Virus record (IMG/VR): IMGVR_UViG_3300049215_000496
Span: 1-64,000 of that record
DNA: 64,000 bases
Origin: a virus
Direction: 5' to 3' (one strand)
In this document: piece by piece, positions 8,487-18,039 of the stretch
Layout: the number at the start of each line of letters is the position of its first letter
Numbering within the stretch: position 1 is the first letter of the stretch
Translations under genes and position numbers: made by a program
The notes under the pieces: generated by a model
Told to the model about the DNA's origin: nothing
The model's input: the letters and a program-made list of their open reading frames with translations, nothing else
Database searches by the model: none

Positions 8487-11400
8487 ATGGCTGCCGCGCT
8501 GATTAAGTTCTCGCAGGGCTTTGTCATAGGCCCTGACGGACAAGCGATTTATGGCACCACAGGTACGCCTGTGAACGTGGCCAACGTCAACAACGTGGGC
8601 GTGGCGTCGTGGGAGATCGAGCTGGTTGACGTTCCGATCAACTCTGCGCTGGTCCCCGGAATCCTGGCGTTCGCGAACTCTCCGTTGCCTGCGGCAGCGT
8701 TCACGCCAGACGTTGACGGAGGGTCTTACCGTGTCGTGCTGCGTGTGTGGAATGCGCCCGGACGTGTCGGGGCCCCGGACGATACAGATATCCGTAACGT
8801 TCTCGTCAAGGACTCTTCAGGGCTCGTGTGCCCGCCCGAGCAGATCTGGCCTCGTCCGCTCCCGCCTCTACCGAGCGGATCGTCGAACGCCAAGCCGAAC
8901 GAGTTGAACGTCGGAGGGCAGGAACGCGGTTGGGCAGGCAACACCACGGATGGTTTGATGGACATGCGTCTGCACTACCCGCGGGGTGCAGATGGATTGT
9001 GGCAGAGCGGGGGTGCACCACTTCTCGTGATGGGTGTGGTGAACGATGGAGATGTGTTTCAACGGAGCGGCACGAACATCACCGGATTCAGTACAGGCGG
9101 AATTCTATCTGCGATAAATATCTCAGCGGGTACGACCTCCAACAATCTCAGCGCCGTTGCATTCAGCAATAGTAATGGCGTGTCGTTTGGACTGAACGGA
9201 TCGACTATCACAGGGTCGATCGCCACGTCGTTGACCAACATCAACGTTTCAGCTGGTACGACGAGTAACAACTTGTCTGCTGTGACGTTCAGCAACAGCA
9301 ATGGCGTTAGCTTTGGACTGAACGGGTCGATCATTACAGCATCTGTCGTGCCTCCCACAGCCGCAACCGTGAACTTCAGCGCCGGTACGACATCAAACAA
9401 TCTTACTGGCATCGTATTTTCAAACAGCAATAACGTATCGTTTGGGTTGAACGGTTCAACCATAACAGCCAATGCATCGTTTTCCCAGTCCACCGCTCCT
9501 TCTGCCATTGTAGCCAGTGACGCGACCTTCACGAGCGGTACGGTGGTGGTCATTGGAACGAACGCGGTCACGGTGCGCACGAGCGCTGGACAGGCGGTTG
9601 TCATCGATGCCCCTGTGCAGACAGCACAGACCCAGAACGTGGTGGTCCCGTCGGCTGGCACACAGACCGCAACGAGTGGCACGGTCGTTTGGTCCGACAG
9701 CAATGGGATCAGCTTTGGGATGTCCGGGTCTTCTCGAATCACAGCGAGCTACACCGTGCCGTCGACGACGGGACTGATCTCAGCAGTGAATTTTTCCGCA
9801 GGAACGACCTCGAACAATCTCAATGCGGTCACGTTCTCGAATTTGAATGGAGTGAGCTTCGGCCTGGACGGTTCTACGTTGACAGGTTCGGTGGCCACCT
9901 CTCTGACGAACATCAACGTCAGCGCCGGAACGACTTCCAACAATCTGAGCGCGATCACGTTCTCGAACTCGAACGGGCTCAGCTTCGGGCTCAACGCGAG
10001 CACGATCACTGCAAGCTACACGGTTCCATCGACCGCCGGGTTGATCTCCGCTGTCAACCTAAGTGCAGGCACGACCTCGAACAATCTGACCGCCGTCACG
10101 TTCAGCAATTCTAATGGCGTGTCGTTCGGGTTGAACGCTTCAACGGTAACGGCGTCAGTCGCGACCAGCCTCACTAACATCAACGTCTCGGCCGGGACGA
10201 CGAGTAACAACCTGTCAGCGATCACGTTCTCGAACAGTAACAACGTCTCATTTGGGCTGAACGGATCGACTCTTACAGCTTCCGCTTCACAAAGTGTTCA
10301 GACACAGAACGTCGTGGTCCCGTCAGCGGGAACGCAAACAGCCACAAGCGGAACGGTCGTTTGGTCTAACAGCAACAACATCACGTTTGGGATGTCTGGC
10401 AGCTCACGTGTCACTGCCTCGTACAACTTCAATTTGAGCGCGGGGACCACATCCAACAATCTGAATGCTGTCACGTTCTCTAACGCTAACGGCGTATCGT
10501 TTGGATTGAACGGATCGACTGTCACCGGATCGATTGCCACGTCGCTCACCAACATAAATGTGAGCGCAGGCACTACGAGCAACAATCTGTCTGCTGTGAC
10601 GTTCTCCAACTCTAACAACGTAAGTTTCGGGCTGAACGGTTCCGTGGTGACAGCGTCCGCGTCAGTCGCGACAAGTCTCACCAATATCAACGTTTCGGCT
10701 GGAACGACTTCAAACAATCTCAGCGCGGTAACGTTCTCTAACTCGAACGGGATCTCCTTCGGGCTCAACGCCAGTACGATCACAGCCTCGGTCGCCACAT
10801 CGCTGACGAACATCAATCTGTCGGCCGGTACCACTAGCAACAATGGGTCGGCATTCATCTTCTCCAACTCTAACAACGTCTCGTTCGGGTTGAACGGATC
10901 GACGGTCACCGCAACGGCAACGTTTGCTCAGACCAATCAAACGTTGGGGCTGTTCGCGACAGGAAACACTACACAGAGCAGCTCCACGACGCTCGACGCG
11001 CGGAGCCTCACGCTGAATGGACTCGGCGATATCACCATAGGATTTTCGAACGGGTCGATTCAGGTCTCCGGCACGCAAACGGTTCAGACCCAGAACGTGG
11101 TGGTCCCGTCGGCTGGCACACAGACCGCAACGAGTGGCACGGTCGTTTGGTCGAACTCGAACAACATCACGTTTGGGATGTCCGGATCGAGCCGGGTCAC
11201 TGCCTCATACAACTTCAATTTGAGCGCGGGGACCACATCCAACAATCTGAATGCTGTCACGTTCAGCAATAGCAATGGAGTGTCGTTCGGGCTGAACGGT
11301 TCTACGGTCACAGGGTCGATAGCTACGAGCCTCACGAACATCAACGTCAGCGCTGGAACGACCTCCAACAATCTGTCCGCGGTCACGTTCTCGAACTCGA

Positions 11401-12302
11401 ACAACGTCTCGTTTGGGCTCAACGGGTCCACTGTGACAGCTTCAGTGACGGTCGCGACCAGTCTGACGAATATAAACGTAAGCGCTGGAACCACGAGCAA
11501 CAACCTGTCTGCGGTTACCTTCAGCAACAGCAATGGTGTGAGCTTCGGGCTAAATGCCAGCACGATCACAGTGTCTGTGGCGTCGTCCCTGACTGCGATC
11601 AACTTGTCCGCGGGCACGACCTCGAACAACGCGTCTGCGTTCACGTTCAGTAACTCAAACGGTGTCACGTTCGGCTTGAATGCCTCAACCATCACCGCGT
11701 CGGTTGCCCCCCGAAAGATTTCACAGCTCCTGTGGCCGGAGACTCCATGGCAAACGAACTTTTCCATTTCGAATGCCAGCTTCAGCCTTCAGCATTTTCA
11801 TCCGAAGGTTGACATCACGGCCACGCGTGCGGAAGTGCTCATGGCGCTCTCGGGCAATTCCGGGTCCACAGGGGCGCTCACGATCAGCATGGGTATCTAC
11901 ACGATGGCGGGGTCTACGATGTCGTTGGCCTCGTCCGACTCGCGCCAGGTGACGTGGACCTCGGGATCGGCCACGTCGAACTCAACTGTGTTCGGCGGCG
12001 TTTCAGGAACGCGCTACCGGACCGTGGCGCTTGCAAGCTGGCCGATCACTGCGGGTGATTACATGCTTGGGTTCTGGTATCGCACGACGAATGATGGCAC
12101 TTGGCGTGCCTTTGGGCAGCAAGGTCCTACGATTGTTGGGGCTGTGGACGCGAACGAGACAAACGCGTACCTGCACGGGTTTTCGACCAGCTCTTTCACG
12201 ACAGCTATGGTCGCGAGCGTGAACGTGACTGACACGAACTACGTGCGTACAGGTGCGAATGCTTTGCAACAGCCTGGCGTCGTGTTCTTGGGGAGCTTCT
12301 GA
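8487..12302 (+). CDS. Long repeat fibre/spike protein (1271 aa)
   Basis: Ig/PKD-like N-terminus (FTPDVDGGSYRV), 15 SAGTTSNN..FSNSNGVSFGLNGSTITAS repeats plus 3 variant repeats, unique C-terminal head. Confidence 0.75.
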   Translation: MAAALIKFSQGFVIGPDGQAIYGTTGTPVNVANVNNVGVASWEIELVDVPINSALVPGILAFANSPLPAAAFTPDVDGGSYRVVLRVWNAPGRVGAPDDTDIRNVLVKDSSGLVCPPEQIWPRPLPPLPSGSSNAKPNELNVGGQERGWAGNTTDGLMDMRLHYPRGADGLWQSGGAPLLVMGVVNDGDVFQRSGTNITGFSTGGILSAINISAGTTSNNLSAVAFSNSNGVSFGLNGSTITGSIATSLTNINVSAGTTSNNLSAVTFSNSNGVSFGLNGSIITASVVPPTAATVNFSAGTTSNNLTGIVFSNSNNVSFGLNGSTITANASFSQSTAPSAIVASDATFTSGTVVVIGTNAVTVRTSAGQAVVIDAPVQTAQTQNVVVPSAGTQTATSGTVVWSDSNGISFGMSGSSRITASYTVPSTTGLISAVNFSAGTTSNNLNAVTFSNLNGVSFGLDGSTLTGSVATSLTNINVSAGTTSNNLSAITFSNSNGLSFGLNASTITASYTVPSTAGLISAVNLSAGTTSNNLTAVTFSNSNGVSFGLNASTVTASVATSLTNINVSAGTTSNNLSAITFSNSNNVSFGLNGSTLTASASQSVQTQNVVVPSAGTQTATSGTVVWSNSNNITFGMSGSSRVTASYNFNLSAGTTSNNLNAVTFSNANGVSFGLNGSTVTGSIATSLTNINVSAGTTSNNLSAVTFSNSNNVSFGLNGSVVTASASVATSLTNINVSAGTTSNNLSAVTFSNSNGISFGLNASTITASVATSLTNINLSAGTTSNNGSAFIFSNSNNVSFGLNGSTVTATATFAQTNQTLGLFATGNTTQSSSTTLDARSLTLNGLGDITIGFSNGSIQVSGTQTVQTQNVVVPSAGTQTATSGTVVWSNSNNITFGMSGSSRVTASYNFNLSAGTTSNNLNAVTFSNSNGVSFGLNGSTVTGSIATSLTNINVSAGTTSNNLSAVTFSNSNNVSFGLNGSTVTASVTVATSLTNINVSAGTTSNNLSAVTFSNSNGVSFGLNASTITVSVASSLTAINLSAGTTSNNASAFTFSNSNGVTFGLNASTITASVAPRKISQLLWPETPWQTNFSISNASFSLQHFHPKVDITATRAEVLMALSGNSGSTGALTISMGIYTMAGSTMSLASSDSRQVTWTSGSATSNSTVFGGVSGTRYRTVALASWPITAGDYMLGFWYRTTNDGTWRAFGQQGPTIVGAVDANETNAYLHGFSTSSFTTAMVASVNVTDTNYVRTGANALQQPGVVFLGSF
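9110..11710 (+). repeat. ~42-aa (~126-bp) coding tandem repeats
   Basis: Consensus SLTNINVSAGTTSNNLSAVTFSNSNGVSFGLNGSTITASVAT; boundaries approximate. Confidence 0.9.
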
Positions 12303-14488
12303 TGGCTGAAAACTTTCAAGACAATGTTGCCTACGCTGGCTCGACGTTGGGGGTAAGCGGTGATGCTGTTGTCATTGGCAGCACAAATGCCGGCGCCAAG
12401 AGTGTTGTCTTCGCGACGAGCGATACGCAAGGGCACCTCGCTTGGCTTCCCACAGCGAACCGCACGATCTTCATGCCGGATGCTGGTGGAACGATACAGC
12501 TCACGTCACAGGGGATCCTGTCGCTCAGCGCAGGCACTACGCGCATCACGAGCGGCGAGGCGGTTTTCAGTAACAGCAACGGCGTGTCGTTCGGGGTCAA
12601 CGGGAACACGGTTACAGCTTCGATCGCGACGAGCCTGACAAATCTCAACGTGAGTGCCGGCACGACGTCGAACAACCTGAGCGCCGTCACGTTTTCAAAT
12701 TCAAATGGTGTGTCTTTCGGTTTGAACGCATCGACGATCACGGCTTCTGTAGCAACCTCTCTCACGAACATCAATGTGAGTGCGGGGACGACCTCGAACA
12801 ACCTGTCAGCGATCACGTTCTCGAACAGCAACAACGTCTCATTTGGGCTGAACGGATCGACGATCACAGCCACTGTCACTGTGGCGACGAGTCTTACCAA
12901 CATCAACGTGTCTGGCGGTACGACCTCCAATAACCTTAGCGCGATCACATTCAGCAACTCAAATGGCGTCTCTTTCGGCTTGAATTCGTCGACGATGACC
13001 GCTTCCGTTGCTACTAGCCTCACGAACATCAACGTCAGCGCGGGCACTACGAGCAATAACCTTTCTGCGATCACGTTCTCTAATTCAAATGGTGTGTCGT
13101 TCGGTTTGAATGGATCAACGATTACCGCTTCCGTTGCCGCAGGTGCCGCAAACATTAACTTCAGTGCTGGTACCACTTCCAGCAACATAGGTTCCGTGGT
13201 TTTTTCAAACTCGAATGGTATCTCATTCGGGTTGAATGCAAGTACCATTACTGCTTCTGTTGCTACATCGCTAACCAACATCAACGTGTCAGCGGGTACC
13301 ACCTCTAACAACCTTTCGGCGATTACGTTATCCAATAGCAACAACGTATCGTTTGGTTTGAACGGGTCTGTGATTACCGCGTCGGCGTCAGTGGCTACCA
13401 GTCTGACGAACATAAACGTGTCTGCCGGCACAACCAGCAACAATCTAAGTGCTGTAACATTCAGTAATTCTAATGGTGTATCCTTTGGGCTAAACGGCTC
13501 AACAGTCACCGGTTCAGTGGCCACGAGCTTGACCGCGATCAACCTGTCAGCCGGTACTACAAGCAACAACTCGTCAGCCTTCACGTTCAGCAACAGCAAT
13601 CGCGTGTCATTCGGGTTGAATGCAGGAACCATTACGGCGAGTCACGCGATTAACGTCTCGGCCGGGACCACCTCTAACGATCTTGCTGCGATCACGTTGT
13701 CCAACTCGAACAACATCACATTCGGATTAAATGCGTCGACAGTAACAGCAAGCTACAACTTCAATCTATCTGCTGGCACGACGTCAAACAATCTGAATGC
13801 TATTACGTTCTCAAACTCCAACGGAGTATCGTTTGGATTGAACGCCAGCACTGTCACTGCTAGTTTTTCGGCGTTTACACGATCTAAATTCAACCCATTC
13901 ATGGAAGCTGTTGCTGTTGCAGGACAGCTCAGTCAGGGGTCGCTGCACATTCACCCGATACCGGATCCTGACAATTTTCAATACGATCGATTCATTATGG
14001 ATGTTTTAGGTTCTGCTGGCGCCTATTCTACAAACGTAAGCAGCGGAGGATTCTCGTACACATTCCGTGTTGGAATATACACACGAAACGCATCGACACT
14101 TAGTTTGTTGGCCAGCCAATCAACAAGCACTGCGTTCACGGTGTCGAGCACAAACACGAGTCTGTTCGCCGGGCCGAGAAATCTCACAATGGGGTGGACC
14201 ACTACAATGTCTGCCAACGATTTGTGGTTGGGTGTGGTGTCATCGAGCAACGCCGCCGGAACGAACTCTTTCACACTCAGCAACTTTTTAGTGTCTGATG
14301 TAAATTCGAACTTTTCTGGGCTGTTCGGTGTAGCTACTGCCGCTACAGCGCAAGATGCGTTGGGATTGGGGTTCTACTCAGCAGCTACGAATGGTATCCC
14401 TAACGCGATAGCGTTCTCGGAAATCAATGGGAGCGCTTCGGCAGCACTTCGTCCTCCTGTGTACAGATTTCTGAGCCAGACCGCCTAG
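12302..14488 (+). CDS. Repeat fibre/spike protein (728 aa)
   Basis: 11 copies of the same repeat; C-terminal head related to upstream gene (GIYT....TLSL.AS). Confidence 0.75.
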   Translation: MAENFQDNVAYAGSTLGVSGDAVVIGSTNAGAKSVVFATSDTQGHLAWLPTANRTIFMPDAGGTIQLTSQGILSLSAGTTRITSGEAVFSNSNGVSFGVNGNTVTASIATSLTNLNVSAGTTSNNLSAVTFSNSNGVSFGLNASTITASVATSLTNINVSAGTTSNNLSAITFSNSNNVSFGLNGSTITATVTVATSLTNINVSGGTTSNNLSAITFSNSNGVSFGLNSSTMTASVATSLTNINVSAGTTSNNLSAITFSNSNGVSFGLNGSTITASVAAGAANINFSAGTTSSNIGSVVFSNSNGISFGLNASTITASVATSLTNINVSAGTTSNNLSAITLSNSNNVSFGLNGSVITASASVATSLTNINVSAGTTSNNLSAVTFSNSNGVSFGLNGSTVTGSVATSLTAINLSAGTTSNNSSAFTFSNSNRVSFGLNAGTITASHAINVSAGTTSNDLAAITLSNSNNITFGLNASTVTASYNFNLSAGTTSNNLNAITFSNSNGVSFGLNASTVTASFSAFTRSKFNPFMEAVAVAGQLSQGSLHIHPIPDPDNFQYDRFIMDVLGSAGAYSTNVSSGGFSYTFRVGIYTRNASTLSLLASQSTSTAFTVSSTNTSLFAGPRNLTMGWTTTMSANDLWLGVVSSSNAAGTNSFTLSNFLVSDVNSNFSGLFGVATAATAQDALGLGFYSAATNGIPNAIAFSEINGSASAALRPPVYRFLSQTA
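12520..13870 (+). repeat. ~42-aa coding tandem repeats, second array
   Basis: Same consensus as the 9.1-11.7 kb array; boundaries approximate. Confidence 0.9.
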
Positions 14489-14522
14489 CCCGCTGTACTA
14501 CCAGCATGGTATCTTCTGAACC

Positions 14523-15257
14523 ATGCCAGACCCGAAGCTAATAATTCAGGACATGGGTGGTGCGAACAACGCGGACCTCAACGGAGCCCGCGCCCGCCTG
14601 ATGAAGGGGGGCTCCTGGAAGCGGCAGCGGATTATCGTTATTTTGCCTTCGGCCGACGTGATCCCGGCGAAGGTTGCACTGTCGTATTGGAACCTCGCGT
14701 TTCCACCGAACAACGGTGTGGTGCGAATTCTAGCTACAGGACAAGAGGTTGGTGAGGCGTACTCGAATGCGATAGCTGCTGTGCTTGCTGATCCAAACCT
14801 ATCGCAGTGGGAGTACATATTGACCATTGAGCACGACAACGCCCCTCCACCAGATGGTGTGATCAAGTTGCTTGATCGAATGGAGGCTCATCCAGAATTA
14901 AGCGTCATTGGGGGCGGCTACTGGACAAAAGGCGCTGGCGGTGTTTTCCAAGCGTGGGGAGATGTGAAGGATCCGATCATAAATTTTAGACCACAATTGC
15001 CAGATCCTAATGGCGGATTGCTTGAGTGTCATGGAACCGGGATGGGCTTTACATTGTATCGACTAGCTATGTTCAAAGACACGCGATTGCGAAGGCCGTG
15101 GTTCAAAACACAGAAAGAAGGCGGAGTGAGCACGCAGGATTTGTACTTCGCATCAGATGCCCGCAAATTTGGATACAGGTTTGCTGTTGATTGTTCGGTT
15201 CGTGTGGGGCATTACGATTTGCGTGGTGATTTCGGTGTTCCTGACATGATGTATTGA
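14523..15257 (+). CDS. GT-A fold glycosyltransferase-like protein (phage type)
   Basis: EYILTIEHDN, GTGMGFTLYR, PWF, QDLYF..G.RFAVDCSVRVGH. Confidence 0.7.
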   Translation: MPDPKLIIQDMGGANNADLNGARARLMKGGSWKRQRIIVILPSADVIPAKVALSYWNLAFPPNNGVVRILATGQEVGEAYSNAIAAVLADPNLSQWEYILTIEHDNAPPPDGVIKLLDRMEAHPELSVIGGGYWTKGAGGVFQAWGDVKDPIINFRPQLPDPNGGLLECHGTGMGFTLYRLAMFKDTRLRRPWFKTQKEGGVSTQDLYFASDARKFGYRFAVDCSVRVGHYDLRGDFGVPDMMY

Positions 15258-15280
15258 GCAATTGCAAATGAGTGTTGCTG

Positions 15281-15596
15281 ATGATGAATCGTGGCCGTCG
15301 AATTCTCGCAGAGATGTTCGTTGAACTCTTTCGCGCTAAAAATCTCTATCCGACAGCAATGCACTTACCGAATGGAACTGGTGGCGGTGCCCGAGTCCCG
15401 TGGATGGAGCTGGCACGCAATTCCTGCGAACGTGCCGCGCGGGGAAGGGCGCCTGACGCACACGTACGTCTTCGACGAGAAAACGGTGGAGGTTCTCGCA
15501 GCAGAAACCGACGAGGACATACGCAAAGAGCTGGTGCAGGTAGGTGCTATGTGTTTGAAATGGGTGGCCGACATCGACGCCCGGCAGAAGGCGTAG
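15281..15596 (+). pseudogene. Frameshifted MazG-like/helical phage protein
   Basis: Frame 1 gives HLPNGTG..ARNSCERAAR; +1 frame continues EGRLTH..RKELVQVGAMCLKWVADID; join at GGGG 15441-15444. Confidence 0.5.
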
Positions 15597-15639
15597 TGCT
15601 GGCTTTACAGCACGCACGCGCGCCGGTAAGTTCAGCAGC

Positions 15640-16245
15640 ATGAAGAAGCCCCGCACGAAAAAGATGGGTGCCGTGGCCCTCGCCGTCCCCGCCACGCCAA
15701 CCCCGCTCCGTCTCGACATCGGGTGTGGCATGAACAAAAAAGAAGGCTTCACAGGGCTGGATCGACGCAAGTTCCCTGGCGTCGATATCGTGCACGACGT
15801 CAACAGTTACCCGTGGCCGTTCAAGGACAACAGTGTTGTCGAGGTTCATTGCTCGCATCTCTTAGAGCACCTCGATCACAACCGACACAACCCTGAACGC
15901 GTGCGGTTCATGAACGAATTGTATCGTGTGCTGATTCCAGGCGGCAAAGCAACAATCATCACACCACACTGGGCGTCCAATCGGGCATACGGCGATTTTA
16001 CTCATTCCGACAAGCCTGTGTCAGAGATGTTTTTCTTTTACCTGTCGGCTGCGTGGCGTACGCAAAACGCGCCAGACAACGACATCGAATGGAACCCCGA
16101 TGGGTACAAGTGCAACTTCGAAGCGACATGGGGGTACAGTCTTAGTCAGGCCGTATTGGCGCGCAATCAAGAGTATCAAATGTACGCGATGTCAAATTAC
16201 AAGGATGTCTGCCAGGACACGATCGCGACGCTGACGAAAGCGTGA
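15640..16245 (+). CDS. Class I SAM-dependent methyltransferase
   Basis: RLDIGCG, PWPFKDNSV, SHLLEHL, ELYRVLIPGG. Confidence 0.85.
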   Translation: MKKPRTKKMGAVALAVPATPTPLRLDIGCGMNKKEGFTGLDRRKFPGVDIVHDVNSYPWPFKDNSVVEVHCSHLLEHLDHNRHNPERVRFMNELYRVLIPGGKATIITPHWASNRAYGDFTHSDKPVSEMFFFYLSAAWRTQNAPDNDIEWNPDGYKCNFEATWGYSLSQAVLARNQEYQMYAMSNYKDVCQDTIATLTKA

Positions 16246-16248
16246 TGT

Positions 16249-16566
16249 GTGGCTGGCGGTTGGGGCACAAGTTGGGGCGAAGACTGGGGTGGGGGCTGGG
16301 ATGTCCCCGGGGGCGCCCCTCCTCGTCGCGCCACTGGAACGCTGCAGAATCTTCGCCCGCGTTTCCGTCGCAGCGATCTCAAATTGCGGTTTTGGGGGGT
16401 GCCCCCGCCAGTCGTTGCCGAGAAGTGCGATCCCGCCAAAGACGATCCATCGTGCAAGATCGACATGCAAGTTGTGGAAACAGCAGAACGTGCCGCTGTC
16501 GATCGCGAGTTGGACAAGGACGACGCGTTCGACGCGGAGCTGGACGAAGCAACTAAGCCGTCTTGA
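16249..16566 (+). CDS. Hypothetical protein
   Basis: GWGTSWGEDWGGGW N-terminus, acidic C-terminus; fills intergenic gap. Confidence 0.45.
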   Translation: MAGGWGTSWGEDWGGGWDVPGGAPPRRATGTLQNLRPRFRRSDLKLRFWGVPPPVVAEKCDPAKDDPSCKIDMQVVETAERAAVDRELDKDDAFDAELDEATKPS

Positions 16567-16592
16567 TTTTGTTGTCGCGACGTCGATATACT
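16563..16592 (+). promoter_or_regulatory. Sigma70-like promoter, leaderless
   Basis: TTGATT-18 bp-TATACT, ATG 8 nt downstream. Confidence 0.6.
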
Positions 16593-16600
16593 TTAGCGCT

Positions 16601-17032
16601 ATGTCATTGAGCGCTATTCCGGTTGGTACTGGGTATCCCTACGAACCTCTCAGCACGCCGTACGGTGTTGAGATCTGCTTCGCTGATGATGGCAGCGGAG
16701 GGACCGTGCACATCAACGGGCAGGGGCTCGTCGCGGCAGGGCAACTCGATTTGAAAACGTTCTTCGGGACAACGTTCAGATCGAGCTTTTTGCTCACCAA
16801 ATTCCTGGGTCAGGTGGGCGTGGGTGATTACACCGCGCTGGTCGGGCCGCGCTTTTTCAAGTACGTGGACGTCTCGTTCGTAACCGTTGGCGGCGCGACG
16901 ATCACGAAGACCCCTGCCACCGTTCCGCAGTTGCTGTCTGGCGGGATTGTTCCTGCGATCGACATCGTTGGTCCGGGAATTCTCACGACCTTCCGCGCGA
17001 AGATCCAGCTGCGGCACACGATCGATCTGTGA
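16601..17032 (+). CDS. Hypothetical beta-rich protein
   Basis: C-terminal part of ORF 16247..17032 from ATG 16601, directly after promoter. Confidence 0.6.
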   Translation: MSLSAIPVGTGYPYEPLSTPYGVEICFADDGSGGTVHINGQGLVAAGQLDLKTFFGTTFRSSFLLTKFLGQVGVGDYTALVGPRFFKYVDVSFVTVGGATITKTPATVPQLLSGGIVPAIDIVGPGILTTFRAKIQLRHTIDL

Positions 17033-17036
17033 AAGC

Positions 17037-17231
17037 TCAGCGCTTGCCGAATTCTTTGTGGAGCCCGAGCCACACGAACTTGACGCCGAGTAGGAAGCCC
17101 GCCAACCAGGCGGCTTCGAACCCTAAGACAGCCGCTAGATCATCGACAGGTGCATCTATGATTGCCTCTGCATCGCTAGCGTAGCTCTGAACGCGTTCCC
17201 ACGTTGTCGGAACTGGCTGCTGCGTGAGCAT
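17037..17231 (-). CDS. Small hydrophobic protein
   Basis: Directly follows 17233..18039; hydrophobic C-terminal half. Confidence 0.45.
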   Translation of the reverse strand: MLTQQPVPTTWERVQSYASDAEAIIDAPVDDLAAVLGFEAAWLAGFLLGVKFVWLGLHKEFGKR

Positions 17232-17232
17232 T

Positions 17233-18039
17233 TTACTTCCGCGTCAGCAGTGCCACCGTCAGTACCCCTGCAAGGACAATCCCGCCGATCAGCAGATGAG
17301 ATTGTTTGACGGGTGCACGAAGGCCCGGGACGCGTACCATGCCGGGGGGAGGCGGAAGGGCCTGCTCTACTTGATTGGCGGCTGTCGCGATCTCGTTGGC
17401 AACTTCTTGCGCTCCTGGAGGTGGCGCGCTGTCTTGGACTGACTCGGGATACTGTGCGGCAGCAACTTGTGCTTCGGCTTGTGCCTGCATTTCAGCGCGC
17501 TGATCTCCTGCCGGATCCGCGGGGGCTTCCCCGGACTTGGCCGACTTGTTCAAGAGGGCGTTCAGCACAGCGATCAGGATTGGGAGCGAAGCCGCGATCA
17601 CGCCGGCCGATACTGGTTCACCGAGTCCTGACGATCCGAGATGCACGTAGGACGGCCCCGCGAACAAAGCCAGAATGCGTCCATGGGGACCGGTGCCCTT
17701 GAGCTTGTTTTGCGTCCACGTCTTCGCTTCGGCTTGCTCAGCTGCATTGGGCGTTTTGTTCTTTCGCCGATCCCATGCAAGCTTCGCCGCGCGGCGATTT
17801 TTCAGCTTGTTGACGCGGCTGCGAATGGGCACGGTCAGTTTGGATGCGAGCCAGCGCGAGGGCGCTACTGCTAGCAAGTATGCCGGTGCCACCGCGATCT
17901 TGCCTGTGGTCTTAGCGACCTTCACTGTTTCGCGGCCGACCACACGTCCTGCCGACGCGGTGGATCGCGCAACGCTTTTGACGGCTTTGATCGGATTCAA
18001 GCTGAATCCCAAGCCTTCCGTTGTCGTGGTGAGCATCAC
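17233..18039 (-). CDS. Membrane protein with basic N-terminal half and C-terminal TM anchor
   Basis: HLLIGGIVLAGVLTVALLTRK end; GLG motifs. Confidence 0.65.
   Translation of the reverse strand: MMLTTTTEGLGFSLNPIKAVKSVARSTASAGRVVGRETVKVAKTTGKIAVAPAYLLAVAPSRWLASKLTVPIRSRVNKLKNRRAAKLAWDRRKNKTPNAAEQAEAKTWTQNKLKGTGPHGRILALFAGPSYVHLGSSGLGEPVSAGVIAASLPILIAVLNALLNKSAKSGEAPADPAGDQRAEMQAQAEAQVAAAQYPESVQDSAPPPGAQEVANEIATAANQVEQALPPPPGMVRVPGLRAPVKQSHLLIGGIVLAGVLTVALLTRK

Noticed and set aside
9059-13632. Long antisense ORFs over the fibre genes (e.g. 12331..13632, 11084..11767)
   Set aside because: Mirror frames of the repetitive sense coding sequence; no independent signals
9110-13870. CRISPR array or diversity-generating retroelement in the repeat regions
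   Set aside because: Repeats are in-frame coding with synonymous variation; no unique spacers, adenine-specific variation, cas or reverse transcriptase gene seen
8487-14488. Ice-nucleation protein
   Set aside because: Lacks the AGYGSTxT 8/16/48-residue periodicity of InaZ-type proteins
1-16245. Host O-antigen/capsule locus
   Set aside because: No flippase, polymerase or export genes; enzymes are interleaved with fibre and virion-like genes
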